Shown: positions 21,382-29,720 of the stretch, in pieces
Numbering within the stretch: position 1 is the first letter of the stretch
How the letters are laid out: every line of letters starts with the position of its first letter
Source of the DNA: Pseudomonadaceae bacterium
GTDB taxonomy: Bacteria; Pseudomonadota; Alphaproteobacteria; UBA2136; UBA6156
Assembly: GCA_024236095.1 (NCBI GenBank)
Contig: JACKLD010000013.1
Span: forward strand, 142,368 to 206,367
DNA: 64,000 bases
Reading direction: 5' to 3'
Translations under genes and position numbers: made by a program
The notes under the pieces: model-generated
Databases searched by the model: none
What the model was told of the DNA's origin: nothing
What the model saw: only the letters and a program-made list of their open reading frames with translations

Positions 21382-21519
21382 CCCGTCATTGCGAGGAGCA
21401 CGCGCCTCCGCTGCCGCAGAAGGCTCTGCCGGTTGTCGCGCGCGGACGCGGCAATCCATGCGCGGGTGCAGAGGTGGATTGCCGCGTCGGTCGCGTTGCG
21501 CCCTCCTCGCAATGACGGG
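21382..21519. mobile_element. MITE-like palindromic element, copy A (17-bp terminal inverted repeats cccgtcattgcgaggag / ctcctcgcaatgacggg plus an inner inverted repeat gcggcaatccat / gtggattgccgc)
   Basis: TIRs and inner IR read directly; related copy at 58769-58954 shares cgtcattgcgaggagcacgcgcc and cgcgcggacg(c/t)ggcaatccatgc. Confidence 0.75.
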
Positions 21520-21549
21520 GGTATTTGCAAATTGCGGAGGCAAGGGCTA

Positions 21550-21840
21550 ATGAAACAGGCTGCGACATACATCATGACCAACAAACCCAAAGGCACGCTT
21601 TACGTCGGCATGACCGGGCACTTTCCCGCCCGCATCCAACAACACCGTGAGGGTTCCGGGAGCGCCTTTTGCAAACGCTACGGCTTGGGCAAACTGGTTT
21701 GGTATGAATTGTTTGAGTTGGTAACAGATGCCATCCGGCAGGAAAAACAAATCAAAGCGGGCTCTCGCAAAGACAAAATTGCACTGATAGAATCCGTCAA
21801 CCCGAGATGGAACGACCTCTATCTAACCCTCAACGCTTAA
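21550..21840 (+). CDS. GIY-YIG nuclease-superfamily protein (YhbQ/Slx1-like, 96 aa)
   Basis: [29 protein letters not shown] is a canonical GIY-YIG motif; RBS ggagg; inside listed ORF 21433..21840. Confidence 0.8.
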   Translation: MKQAATYIMTNKPKGTLYVGMTGHFPARIQQHREGSGSAFCKRYGLGKLVWYELFELVTDAIRQEKQIKAGSRKDKIALIESVNPRWNDLYLTLNA

Positions 21841-21859
21841 CCTGAAAGAAAGAAAACCC

Positions 21860-22744
21860 ATGTCCATTTTCATCACCGAAGACACCAAAGTCATCACCCA
21901 GGGCTTTACCGGCAAGCACGGGACGTTCCATAGCGAACAGGCACTGAAATACGGCAGCCGTTACGTGGGCGGCGTCACCCCTGGCAAGGGCGGAACCGAG
22001 CACCTCGGCTTGCCGGTGTTCGATACCGTGGCTGAAGCGGTGGCTGCCACCGGTGCCGAAGCCAGCGTCATTTACGTGCCGCCGCCGTTTGCCGCCGACG
22101 CCATTTTGGAGGCCGAAGCCGCCGGCATCAAAATCTGCGTGTGCATCACCGAGGGCATCCCCGTGCTGGATATGGTGAAGGTGAAGCGCAAGCTGATGGA
22201 CCCCAAATGCACCATGCGGCTGATCGGCCCCAACTGCCCCGGCATCATTACCCCCGGCGAGGGCAAAGGCTGCAAAATCGGCATCATGCCCGCTTACATC
22301 CACAAAAAGGGCAAGGTGGGTGTGGTCTCCAAGTCCGGCACGCTTACCTATGAGGCGGTCAAGCAAACCACCGATGTCGGCCTTGGCCAATCCACCTGCG
22401 TGGGTATCGGTGGCGATCCTGTCCCCGGCACCAACTTCATTCAGGTGCTGGCGGCGTTCGAGGCCGACCCGCAAACCGAAGGCATCGTGCTCATCGGCGA
22501 AATCGGCGGCATGGCGGAAATCGAAGCAGCCGAGTATATCAAAAACGCCGTTACCAAGCCGGTAGTGGCCTTTATCGCCGGAGCCAGCGCACCCAAGGGC
22601 AAACGCATGGGACACGCGGGCGCCATTATTTCCGGAGGCGACGACACCGCCGCCGCCAAAATCGATGCGCTGAAAAAGGCGGGCGCCACCGTGGTGGCCA
22701 GCCCCTCCGATCTCGGCGCCGCGATGAAGCAGTTGCTGGGGTAA
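21860..22744 (+). CDS. sucD: Succinyl-CoA synthetase alpha subunit
   Basis: 294 aa; CoA-binding and phosphohistidine loop ([10 protein letters not shown]). Confidence 0.95.
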   Translation: MSIFITEDTKVITQGFTGKHGTFHSEQALKYGSRYVGGVTPGKGGTEHLGLPVFDTVAEAVAATGAEASVIYVPPPFAADAILEAEAAGIKICVCITEGIPVLDMVKVKRKLMDPKCTMRLIGPNCPGIITPGEGKGCKIGIMPAYIHKKGKVGVVSKSGTLTYEAVKQTTDVGLGQSTCVGIGGDPVPGTNFIQVLAAFEADPQTEGIVLIGEIGGMAEIEAAEYIKNAVTKPVVAFIAGASAPKGKRMGHAGAIISGGDDTAAAKIDALKKAGATVVASPSDLGAAMKQLLG

Positions 22745-22765
22745 GTCTTTTTACATAAGTGATGG

Positions 22766-22802
22766 GCGTGGCGTAAGGGGGTATGACCCCCTTACGCCAC
22801 GC
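22766..22802. terminator. Long perfect hairpin between convergent sucD and flgC (gcgtggcgtaagggggt atga acccccttacgccacgc)
   Basis: 17-bp perfect stem; no U-tract; likely a bidirectional terminator or REP-like element. Confidence 0.5.
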
Positions 22803-22863
22803 GCAATCCGGAGCCCATTTCTGGTGCCATATAAAGCCCTAAATCCATTTCTTCTTGAAGATG

Positions 22864-23277
22864 TTAGCGCAACATGTCCAGCGTCCGTGTCGCCATCTCC
22901 CGTGCGGTCACCAGCGCGGTCATGTTGGCTTCGTAGCTGCGCTGGGCTTCGCGCATGTTGATGTTCTCGGCCGTGCTGTCCACGTTGGGATACATCACGT
23001 AACCTTGCGCGTTGGCCAGCTTGTTGCCGGGTTGGTAAACGGGCTTCAAGGGCGATGTCATGTCTTTGCTAACGCCGCTCACCTGCACCTCGGTGGCGCC
23101 GGTGGCACGGTTGAGCACGCTTTGGAAGAATATCTGCTTGGCGCGGTAGGGCCCGCCCGCATCCTCGGCGCTTTCCACGCTGTCGGCGTTGGCGATGTTT
23201 TCGCTGGCCACGCGCATGCGCATGCTTTGCGCCGCCATACCGCCTGCCGAGATGTTCATGTTGGTGAGCAAATCCAT
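22864..23277 (-). CDS. flgC: Flagellar basal-body rod protein FlgC
   Basis: 137 aa; MDLLTNMNISAGGMAAQSMRMRVASENIANADS...YPNVDSTAENINMREAQRSYEAN. Confidence 0.92.
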   Translation of the reverse strand: MDLLTNMNISAGGMAAQSMRMRVASENIANADSVESAEDAGGPYRAKQIFFQSVLNRATGATEVQVSGVSKDMTSPLKPVYQPGNKLANAQGYVMYPNVDSTAENINMREAQRSYEANMTALVTAREMATRTLDMLR

Positions 23278-23301
23278 GGTACTTTCTCCCTGACGCTATG
23301 T

Positions 23302-23694
23302 TTATTGTTGCCGTCCGATGGCCAGGCGCTGCATGGAAGCCTGTTTGGCGTAAAGCTGGGTCATGTAGCGGTAGTCAATTTGGGTCTGGTTCATTTTCAC
23401 CAGTTCGTTGTCCAGCCGCACGGCATTGCCGTTGTGCTGGATGTAGCTGGCACTTTCCATCAAACGGTTGCTTGCGCCACTGGCGCCACCCGCCATGTGC
23501 TTGGGGTTGGTCAGACGCACGCCCATGTCGCTTTGGGCGCGTTCCAAGTAGGGAGCAAAAGCCAGCTCGCGGGGCTTGTATTCCGGCGTGTCGGCGTTGG
23601 CGATGTTGCCGGCAATCACCCCCTGCCGGTCGGTCAGGTAGTTCATGCGGGCGCTCAGCGCCGCGTGGATGGAAGGCTGGGCCGTGGTCGGCAT
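23302..23694 (-). CDS. flgB: Flagellar basal-body rod protein FlgB
   Basis: MPTTAQPSIHAALSARMNYLTDRQGVIAGNIANADTPEYKPRE...; RBS aagagga; start at 23694 inside listed ORF 23302..23922. Confidence 0.9.
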   Translation of the reverse strand: MPTTAQPSIHAALSARMNYLTDRQGVIAGNIANADTPEYKPRELAFAPYLERAQSDMGVRLTNPKHMAGGASGASNRLMESASYIQHNGNAVRLDNELVKMNQTQIDYRYMTQLYAKQASMQRLAIGRQQ

Positions 23695-23730
23695 GGCGGT
23701 TCCTCTTTCTTGTTCTCTCCGTGTTCCCAT

Positions 23731-23748
23731 ATGCAGGCAGCGTGCCAA
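23731..23748 (-). promoter_or_regulatory. Sigma54 -24/-12 promoter for flgBC (minus-strand reading TTGGCACgctgcCTGCAT)
   Basis: Reverse complement of 23731-23748 matches TGGCAC-N5-TTGCA; -12 lies about 38 nt upstream of the flgB ATG. Confidence 0.6.
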
Positions 23749-23767
23749 CTTTGAGAGGTTGGGCATC

Positions 23768-23785
23768 TTGGCACGCTCCCTGCAT
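23768..23785 (+). promoter_or_regulatory. Sigma54 -24/-12 promoter for flgI-flgJ-flgN-like (TTGGCACgctccCTGCAT)
   Basis: Matches TGGCAC-N5-TTGCA; mirror image of the minus-strand element 20 bp away; -12 about 30 nt upstream of the flgI RBS. Confidence 0.6.
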
Positions 23786-23812
23786 TTGCTTACCCGAACA
23801 AGGAAGACGCGT

Positions 23813-24937
23813 ATGAACAAACTGCTTACCACCCTGCTTGCCTGCCTGCTGGCGCTGCCGGTTTTGGCCGCCCCGACGGTAAAGATCAAAGACCTCGCCG
23901 AGGTGGAAGGCGTGCGCGACAACGTGCTGGTCGGCTACGGGCTGGTGGTCGGCTTGGCCGGCACCGGCGATAGCCCCAACGGCATCCCGTTCACCCGCCA
24001 AAGCCTCGCCAACATGCTGCAACGGTTAGGGGTCAATGCCAAAGACGTACTGTCCAACATCAAGACCAAAAACGTCGCGGCGGTGATGGTCACCGCCAAA
24101 CTACCCAGTCTGGCGCGGCAAGGCAGTAGCGTGGACGTGACGGTCAGCAGCCTTGGTGACGCCAAAAGCTTGGAAGGCGGCCTGTTGCTGGCCACGCCGC
24201 TGACCGGCGCCGACGGCCAAACCTACGCGGTGGCACAGGGTGCGATGGTCATCGGCGGTTATCAGGCCACCGGCAAGGATGGAACCAGTATTTCCAAAAA
24301 CCATACCACTGTGGCGCGCATCGCCAAGGGGGCTACGGTGGAGCGTGAAACCGGCTTCGAGCTTGCCAGTCTGGGGGATAGCCTGAAGTTCATGCTGCGT
24401 GAGCCCGATTTCACCACCGCCGTGCGCATGCGCGATGCCATCAATGCCGCCTTCAAGGAAAAACTTGCCATCGCCCGCGACAACAGCACCGTGGACGTAA
24501 CCGTGCCGACCCGCTATCAGCAACAGCTGGCGGCGATTATCGACAAGATTGAAAACCTGCGGGTGGAGCCAACCACCGACGCCCGCGTGGTGATCGATGA
24601 AAAGACCGGCACCATCGTGATGGGCGAAAACGTGACACTGGCGCCGGTGGCCATCTCGCACGCCAACCTCACCATCAAGGTGGTGGAAGAGCAGTTGGTC
24701 AGCCAACCGTTCAGCTTCAACGTGGCGGGTGAGACGGTGAAAATCGACCGCACCACCGAAATCAGCGTGGATGACGATCCCGACCACGGCAAGTTCAAGA
24801 TGCTGAAGGGCTCGGCCAGCCTGGCCGATCTGGTCAGCGGCCTGAATGCACTGGGAGTGAAACCGCGCGACGTCATCTCCATCTTGCAGAACATCAAGGC
24901 GGCCGGCGCGTTGAATGCCGAGCTGGTGGTGCTGTAA
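23813..24937 (+). CDS. flgI: Flagellar P-ring protein FlgI
   Basis: Signal peptide MNKLLTTLLACLLALPVLAAP; VRDNVLVGYGLVVGLAGTGDS...; RBS aggaag; inside listed ORF 23645..24937. Confidence 0.93.
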   Translation: MNKLLTTLLACLLALPVLAAPTVKIKDLAEVEGVRDNVLVGYGLVVGLAGTGDSPNGIPFTRQSLANMLQRLGVNAKDVLSNIKTKNVAAVMVTAKLPSLARQGSSVDVTVSSLGDAKSLEGGLLLATPLTGADGQTYAVAQGAMVIGGYQATGKDGTSISKNHTTVARIAKGATVERETGFELASLGDSLKFMLREPDFTTAVRMRDAINAAFKEKLAIARDNSTVDVTVPTRYQQQLAAIIDKIENLRVEPTTDARVVIDEKTGTIVMGENVTLAPVAISHANLTIKVVEEQLVSQPFSFNVAGETVKIDRTTEISVDDDPDHGKFKMLKGSASLADLVSGLNALGVKPRDVISILQNIKAAGALNAELVVL

Positions 24938-25296
24938 TGGCCGCCATATCCGCCCCCGTCATCAACCCCGCGCTGGCCGCCGCCGTGCCGCAGGCCACCA
25001 AGGACAAGCTGCAAGGCAAGGCCCGCGAGTTCGAGGCGTATTTCATTCAGCAGTTCATCAGCCTCACCCGTCCCGATATGTCGGATAACGAGGTGTTCGG
25101 CGGCGGTTTTTCCGAGCAGGTGTACGGCACCATGATGGACGAGCAGATGGCCACCGGCATCGCCAACCGTGGCGGCTTTGGCATCGCCAACCGCGTCTAT
25201 GCCGAGATGCTGCAGGCGCAGGCGGCCACGCTGCCTCCTGCTGCCGCCGTGGCACAAAATTATACCCCGCAACCCCAACAAGGAGCCCGCCCATGA
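24937..25296 (+). CDS. flgJ: Flagellar rod-binding protein FlgJ (N-terminal rod-binding domain only, no muramidase)
   Basis: 119 aa; EFEAYFIQQFISLTRPD...GGGFSEQVYGTMMDEQMATGIANRGGFGIANRVYAEML; start overlaps the flgI stop (TAATG). Confidence 0.8.
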   Translation: MAAISAPVINPALAAAVPQATKDKLQGKAREFEAYFIQQFISLTRPDMSDNEVFGGGFSEQVYGTMMDEQMATGIANRGGFGIANRVYAEMLQAQAATLPPAAAVAQNYTPQPQQGARP

Positions 25297-25742
25297 GCCA
25301 TACCCCCCAACCCGGCATCATTATCCAAATGATGGAAGCGCGCCAAGCCTGCCGCGACTTGATGGGCCTGATGGTCGAAGAAAACAACGGCCTTACCCGC
25401 AACAGCACCCACGAGGTGGAAACCCGCCTGCAACTGAAAAAGCGCCTGGCCCTGCGGTTGGAAAAACTGCTGGCCGATATCAAGAGCCAACGGGCCGACT
25501 TCCGTGGCAACCGGGAGGTGGAAAACCTTGCCGTGCGGCTGGCTGAAGAGATTGCGGTGTTTCAGGATATCGCCGCCAAAAACGAGCTGATGCTGCGCGC
25601 CGCCCACCGTTTGCGTGCCGACGTGGTGGCGGTGATCCGCGATACCATCGAGGCCAGCCAACCCCGCGTGCAAACCTACAACGCCCACGGCGCCAGCACG
25701 GTGGGAACCGCCGGCACCACGGTGGTGGCGACAACGGTGTGA
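25293..25742 (+). CDS. Flagellar-cluster protein, FlgN-like helical chaperone candidate
   Basis: 149 aa; start overlaps the flgJ stop (ATGA); coiled-coil-rich helical sequence; assignment by context only. Confidence 0.5.
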   Translation: MSHTPQPGIIIQMMEARQACRDLMGLMVEENNGLTRNSTHEVETRLQLKKRLALRLEKLLADIKSQRADFRGNREVENLAVRLAEEIAVFQDIAAKNELMLRAAHRLRADVVAVIRDTIEASQPRVQTYNAHGASTVGTAGTTVVATTV

Positions 25743-25760
25743 AAGGAAACTCTTGGCATG

Positions 25761-25788
25761 AAGAAGGGGGCACTGCCCCCTTTCTTCG
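25761..25788. terminator. Bidirectional hairpin between convergent flgN-like and fliW (gaagaaggggg cactg ccccctttcttc)
   Basis: 11-bp perfect stem. Confidence 0.55.
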
Positions 25789-25851
25789 TGCTTTCCCACA
25801 AAGACAAAAACAAAGGGAGTCAAGCCCCCTTTGCGCACAACCATACCGCCA

Positions 25852-26316
25852 TCAAATCTTATGCTGGGTCGTATAATCCTTGTTGGAGAGAATATACTGT
25901 ACGCCGGTGCGCTTGGAGCTGTCGATGAGGATCGGCGCCTTCAGGTTGGCGGTCAGGTAGTAGCTGTCGCCGTTGTCGTACAGGGTGAGGATGCTCAACA
26001 GCTGGGTGTCATCCTTGGGGAAGTTGGTTTCGATCATCGCCTCGCTGCTGTCGGCTTCGGCAATCTTCAGGCCCAGAATGTTCGGGTCGGCCACCAAAAA
26101 GGCCACTTCCGGCGCATTGACGCATTGCATCAGCAAAATCGGGCTTTCATCCACGTTGGGCAGGCGGGTCAGGCCAAACTGCGTGCACTCACGGAAGCCG
26201 AACAGCCCTTGCGGGAAGTCGATCAGGCGATCCTTGCGCAACGAAACCTCGCCGAAGCGGGTTTGGAAGGTCAGCTCTTCGCCCGCATCGCTGGTCATCA
26301 CTTGGGGGTTATTCAT
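25852..26316 (-). CDS. fliW: Flagellar assembly factor FliW
   Basis: ELTFQTRFGEVSLRKDRLIDFPQGLFGFRECTQFGL...FLVADPN is the FliW family pattern; start chosen at ATG 26316, overlapping the csrA stop by 8 bp. Confidence 0.8.
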   Translation of the reverse strand: MNNPQVMTSDAGEELTFQTRFGEVSLRKDRLIDFPQGLFGFRECTQFGLTRLPNVDESPILLMQCVNAPEVAFLVADPNILGLKIAEADSSEAMIETNFPKDDTQLLSILTLYDNGDSYYLTANLKAPILIDSSKRTGVQYILSNKDYTTQHKI

Positions 26317-26617
26317 CGTCGTCGCTCCCGTGGTTATGGTGGTTGTTGTGCTCATCGCGCCCGTCTCCGTTGGTTGTTGTTAAGGTGGAAGAGGTTGGCA
26401 AACGCCGCAAAACATCGCCCAAGGGGGCGCCGCTGCCAAGGGCGGCGGCTTTGTTCTCGGCCTGGATTTTGGTAAACAGCTCTTCGCGGTAGACGGTGTT
26501 TCCTTGCGGAAACTCGAAGCCCAGCTTCACCCGTCCGCCACGGATATCCACCACCTTCACGGTGATATCGCCATTGATGACAATGGCTTCGCCGGGGCGT
26601 CGGGTTATCAGCAGCAT
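26309..26617 (-). CDS. csrA: Carbon storage regulator CsrA with His/Asp-rich C-terminal tail
   Basis: MLLITRRPGEAIVINGDITVKVVDIRGGRVKLGFEFPQGNTVYREEL is the CsrA fold; the extra about 45 aa ends ...GRDEHNNHHNHGSDDDE. Confidence 0.85.
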   Translation of the reverse strand: MLLITRRPGEAIVINGDITVKVVDIRGGRVKLGFEFPQGNTVYREELFTKIQAENKAAALGSGAPLGDVLRRLPTSSTLTTTNGDGRDEHNNHHNHGSDDDE

Positions 26618-26675
26618 AAACGGGTCTCTTGGCTTCGGTAGGGTTGATGATAAGGGTCTGGCTCATGTTATACGC

Positions 26676-27587
26676 TTACCTCAAATAATCAAGCAGGCTG
26701 AGTTGGTTGACGCGGGTGATAATCAACATGCTTGCCTCCATGGTGGCCTGTTGCTGGCTGAAGCGGGTCAACGCTTCGGCCACGTCGACCTTTTCCAGTC
26801 CGTCAAGCTGTTCGCCCAGAAATTGCTTTTGCGCATCGTGGCGGGTGTTGATCTGCTCCAGCGTGTTGATCTGCCCGCCGATGCGTCCTTGCACCACCGC
26901 AAGGTTCTGGCGGGCGCTGTCGAGCGCCGCCACCGCGCTGTCGATATCGGACAGCGAGTTGTTCTGCATGCCGTACCACAAGGCTTCCAATCCGGCTTTC
27001 AGCTCCATGAAGGCTTGCTCGTTGCCCGCCACCCCGTACTGCAGGCTGCTGCCCGGGCCGGTAGAGACGGTGGGGGGCGTCGCATCACCGTTGTACCACG
27101 TGCTGGCCAGCGGCAGGCCGGGGAAGGCGGTGGCGGTGGGCGCGCCGCTCACCGGCTCGTCATCGCCATCTTGGCCGGAGAAGATGTAACTGCCTTCAAA
27201 CTTGGTCTTGAACAGGTTGTAAAAGGTATCGGCAATGGCCTGCACCTTGGGGGCGAGGCTTTGGCGGGTGCTGGCGCTGTTTTCGTTGCGGCCCAAGGTG
27301 GCCACGCTGGCGGCTTCCGAAAGCAGGTCGACCATGCCCGCCAAGGCGTTCTCGGCCGAGTTGAGGCGGTTGGTGGCGGTGGTGATGTTGCTTTGGTACA
27401 CGTCGGTGCGGGCCAGCACGTCGCGCAACGACACAATCTGGTTGCTGCTCTCTGCGGTATCGGCCAAGCGGCGGCCGGTGTTGCCGGAGGTGACCTGATA
27501 GCTGGTCAGGGCCAAGCCCTCGTTGGCGGTTTGCAGGTTCCGCAGGTTGGTTTGGTTTTGGAAATAGGTGGCGATACGTGTAACCAT
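26676..27587 (-). CDS. flgL: Flagellar hook-associated protein 3 FlgL
   Basis: 303 aa; flagellin-like N- and C-terminal helices (...QQATMEASMLIITRVNQLSLLDYLR). Confidence 0.88.
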   Translation of the reverse strand: MVTRIATYFQNQTNLRNLQTANEGLALTSYQVTSGNTGRRLADTAESSNQIVSLRDVLARTDVYQSNITTATNRLNSAENALAGMVDLLSEAASVATLGRNENSASTRQSLAPKVQAIADTFYNLFKTKFEGSYIFSGQDGDDEPVSGAPTATAFPGLPLASTWYNGDATPPTVSTGPGSSLQYGVAGNEQAFMELKAGLEALWYGMQNNSLSDIDSAVAALDSARQNLAVVQGRIGGQINTLEQINTRHDAQKQFLGEQLDGLEKVDVAEALTRFSQQQATMEASMLIITRVNQLSLLDYLR

Positions 27588-27592
27588 GGTGC

Positions 27593-29410
27593 TTACCTCA
27601 CAATGCCTAACAGGGTGTCGAACAGGTCGTTGACGACGGTGACGATGCGTGCGCTGGCCTGAAAGCTGTTTTGGTACACTAGCATGGTGGCCAGTTCTTC
27701 ATTCACGTTGACGCCGGACAGGCTGCTTTGCAGCTCGGCAATCTGGGTATCGATGGTTTCGGCGAAGGCTTCGCGGCTGTTGGCGTCTTTGATGGTCACC
27801 GCCAGTGTGGAGACGATGCGCCCCACATAGCCCGCGCTGTTGACGTTCTGCGCGCTCAAATCACCGGCGGCACCGAAGCTGAGAACCGTATCGGCCAACT
27901 GGCTGAGCGCCAGCATGTTGGCGTTGCTGCGCGAGGAAAGTCCGCCGTCTTCGGCGCGCATCCGACCCACGGCCACCAAATCGGGGTTGGTGGCGATGTC
28001 GCTGCGCACGGCGATGTCGTTGCTGTCGGCGCCGGTGAAGAAGTTGTTCATCCCCAACAGCCCCAGTGCGTTGCCGCTGACGTTGGACAGCACCACGTAC
28101 TGTCCGGCCGTTTGGGTTTGCAGGCGTATGATCGGGTCGCCGTTGCTGTCGGTGGTGGCGGTGGCGGTAATACCCAGCGTGCCGCCCAGCGTGGTGTTGC
28201 CCACGTCGGCGTTGCCGTTGATGAGGGTGGCCAAATCGTCCAGCGAGAACGGCCCCACGCCGGGGATGGCAATGGCGCCGCCGTTGCCCAGCGTGGTGGC
28301 GATGACATCACCCTGGCTGTTGACCACGCTGGCATGGAAGGTGGCGCCCGCAAGGCTGGCGGAAAGCTCGGTGAACAGGTCGGTGGCGGTGGTGGTGACG
28401 CCGCTGGTGCTGCCGCTTTGCAGCGTGGCCACTGGCGGGATGGCGCTGCCTTGGCTGTGCAGGCTGTTGAAGGCGGTCATGAAGGTGGAGGTAAACTCGT
28501 TCAGCTCGGCCAACAGGTTGGGGATGGTCGTGTCGCGCACGTCGATCAGGGCCTTGATGCGGCCGGTGCTCATGCTGTTGGTGTAAAGCGGCGTGGTGTT
28601 GGGGTCGAGACTGCCGTCTACCTTCACGTTTTGCACGACAATGTCGCCAAAAGGCCCGCTGCCGCCCACCCGCTTCAGCTGCACGTAGGTGCCTTCGTCC
28701 ACCAGCTTGCGGCCGTTTTCGGTGAGGATGCGCAGGCTGCCGTTCTGCGAGGTGGAGACCTGCAAGCCGAAACGCTTGGCCAGCTCGTCCACCTGGATGG
28801 CGCGGGCGTCCTTCAAATCGTTGGTATTGGCACCGTTGGCGGTATTGGCGTCTTGCGTGGCAATCTCCACGTTCAGGTCGTAAACCCGCTTCAGGATGGT
28901 ATTGATGCTGGTCAGCTCGGCGGTAATTTGGTCGTCGATGCGCTGCTGCACGTCATCCATGTCTTGGCTGATGCCGCGGATGGTGTCGCTCAGCAGCACC
29001 GCGCTTTGCACCGCGTTGCGGCGCAGGGCGCCGTCGGCGGGGCTGTTGGCCAGCTGGCTGGTGGCGGCGAAAAAGCCGTTGACCAGGTCTTCAAGGTTGC
29101 CGTCGGCGCTGGCGTTGCTGAAACTCCCCTCGATGTTATCAAGGAAGCTGCGGGTGGTGGTGGCGTAATCGAGGTCGGAGGCCGAGGTAAGCCCGCGCGC
29201 GGTGATGAAATTGTCGGTAATGCGCTGGATGGTGCCCAACTGTACCCCCGCGCCGAAGCCGTTGTAGGCCACCGCACTGTTTTGCGCCACTTGGCGCGTA
29301 AAGCCCTGCGTGTTGGCGTTTACGATGTTGTGGCTGATGGTGCCGATGCCGACCTGACTGTTCTGCAACCCGCCGGTGGCAATGCGAAGGGCGTTGGAAA
29401 GCGTGCTCAT
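27593..29410 (-). CDS. flgK: Flagellar hook-associated protein 1 FlgK
   Basis: MSTLSNALRIATGGLQNSQVGIGTISHNIVNANTQGF...; start at ATG 29410 inside listed ORF 27593..29470; no obvious Shine-Dalgarno sequence. Confidence 0.9.
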   Translation of the reverse strand: MSTLSNALRIATGGLQNSQVGIGTISHNIVNANTQGFTRQVAQNSAVAYNGFGAGVQLGTIQRITDNFITARGLTSASDLDYATTTRSFLDNIEGSFSNASADGNLEDLVNGFFAATSQLANSPADGALRRNAVQSAVLLSDTIRGISQDMDDVQQRIDDQITAELTSINTILKRVYDLNVEIATQDANTANGANTNDLKDARAIQVDELAKRFGLQVSTSQNGSLRILTENGRKLVDEGTYVQLKRVGGSGPFGDIVVQNVKVDGSLDPNTTPLYTNSMSTGRIKALIDVRDTTIPNLLAELNEFTSTFMTAFNSLHSQGSAIPPVATLQSGSTSGVTTTATDLFTELSASLAGATFHASVVNSQGDVIATTLGNGGAIAIPGVGPFSLDDLATLINGNADVGNTTLGGTLGITATATTDSNGDPIIRLQTQTAGQYVVLSNVSGNALGLLGMNNFFTGADSNDIAVRSDIATNPDLVAVGRMRAEDGGLSSRSNANMLALSQLADTVLSFGAAGDLSAQNVNSAGYVGRIVSTLAVTIKDANSREAFAETIDTQIAELQSSLSGVNVNEELATMLVYQNSFQASARIVTVVNDLFDTLLGIVR

Positions 29411-29420
29411 GGCCGGTGGT

Positions 29421-29437
29421 ATGCATAAGACGTGCCA
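29421..29437 (-). promoter_or_regulatory. Candidate sigma54 -24/-12 element for flgKL-csrA-fliW (minus reading TGGCACgtcttATGCAT)
   Basis: GG/GC spacing is 12 nt; the -12 sits only about 12 nt from the chosen flgK ATG, implying a leaderless transcript if real. Confidence 0.35.
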
Positions 29438-29470
29438 AGTAAGGCGGGAGAGTCTGTTAGCCCCTTCCAC

Positions 29471-29627
29471 CCAAACCCGCCCGAAGCCCCCTGAGGAGGG
29501 GGGTGCAAGGGGGAGGAGGTTTCCTCCTCCCCCTTGCCATCAAGAGTGAGGTTGGCCCGCAGGGCCAAGTTGCCGAGCCCGTAGGGCTTTAGGCAACGGG
29601 GAAAGCGCCTGCCCAACCCCCACCGCC
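29471..29627. repeat. About 157-bp intergenic repeat, copy 1, containing a 15-bp-stem GC hairpin (gcaagggggaggagg ttt cctcctcccccttgc) and a second hairpin (ttggccc gca gggccaa)
   Basis: Near-identical copy at 61960-62116 and a 5' fragment at 63410-63452; listed ORFs 29540..29878(-) and 62029..62409(-) share an identical C-terminus because of it. Confidence 0.85.
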
Positions 29628-29720
29628 TGCCTCAAGAGGCACCCAACCAACCGACCCCTTTGACAAAAGGCGCTAAACTGTATACTTTGCGCCTTGCATT
29701 CAACCAAGGAGTCCCCTGCC

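Noticed and set aside
27728-29428. 566-aa plus-strand ORF
   Set aside because: Antisense of flgK.
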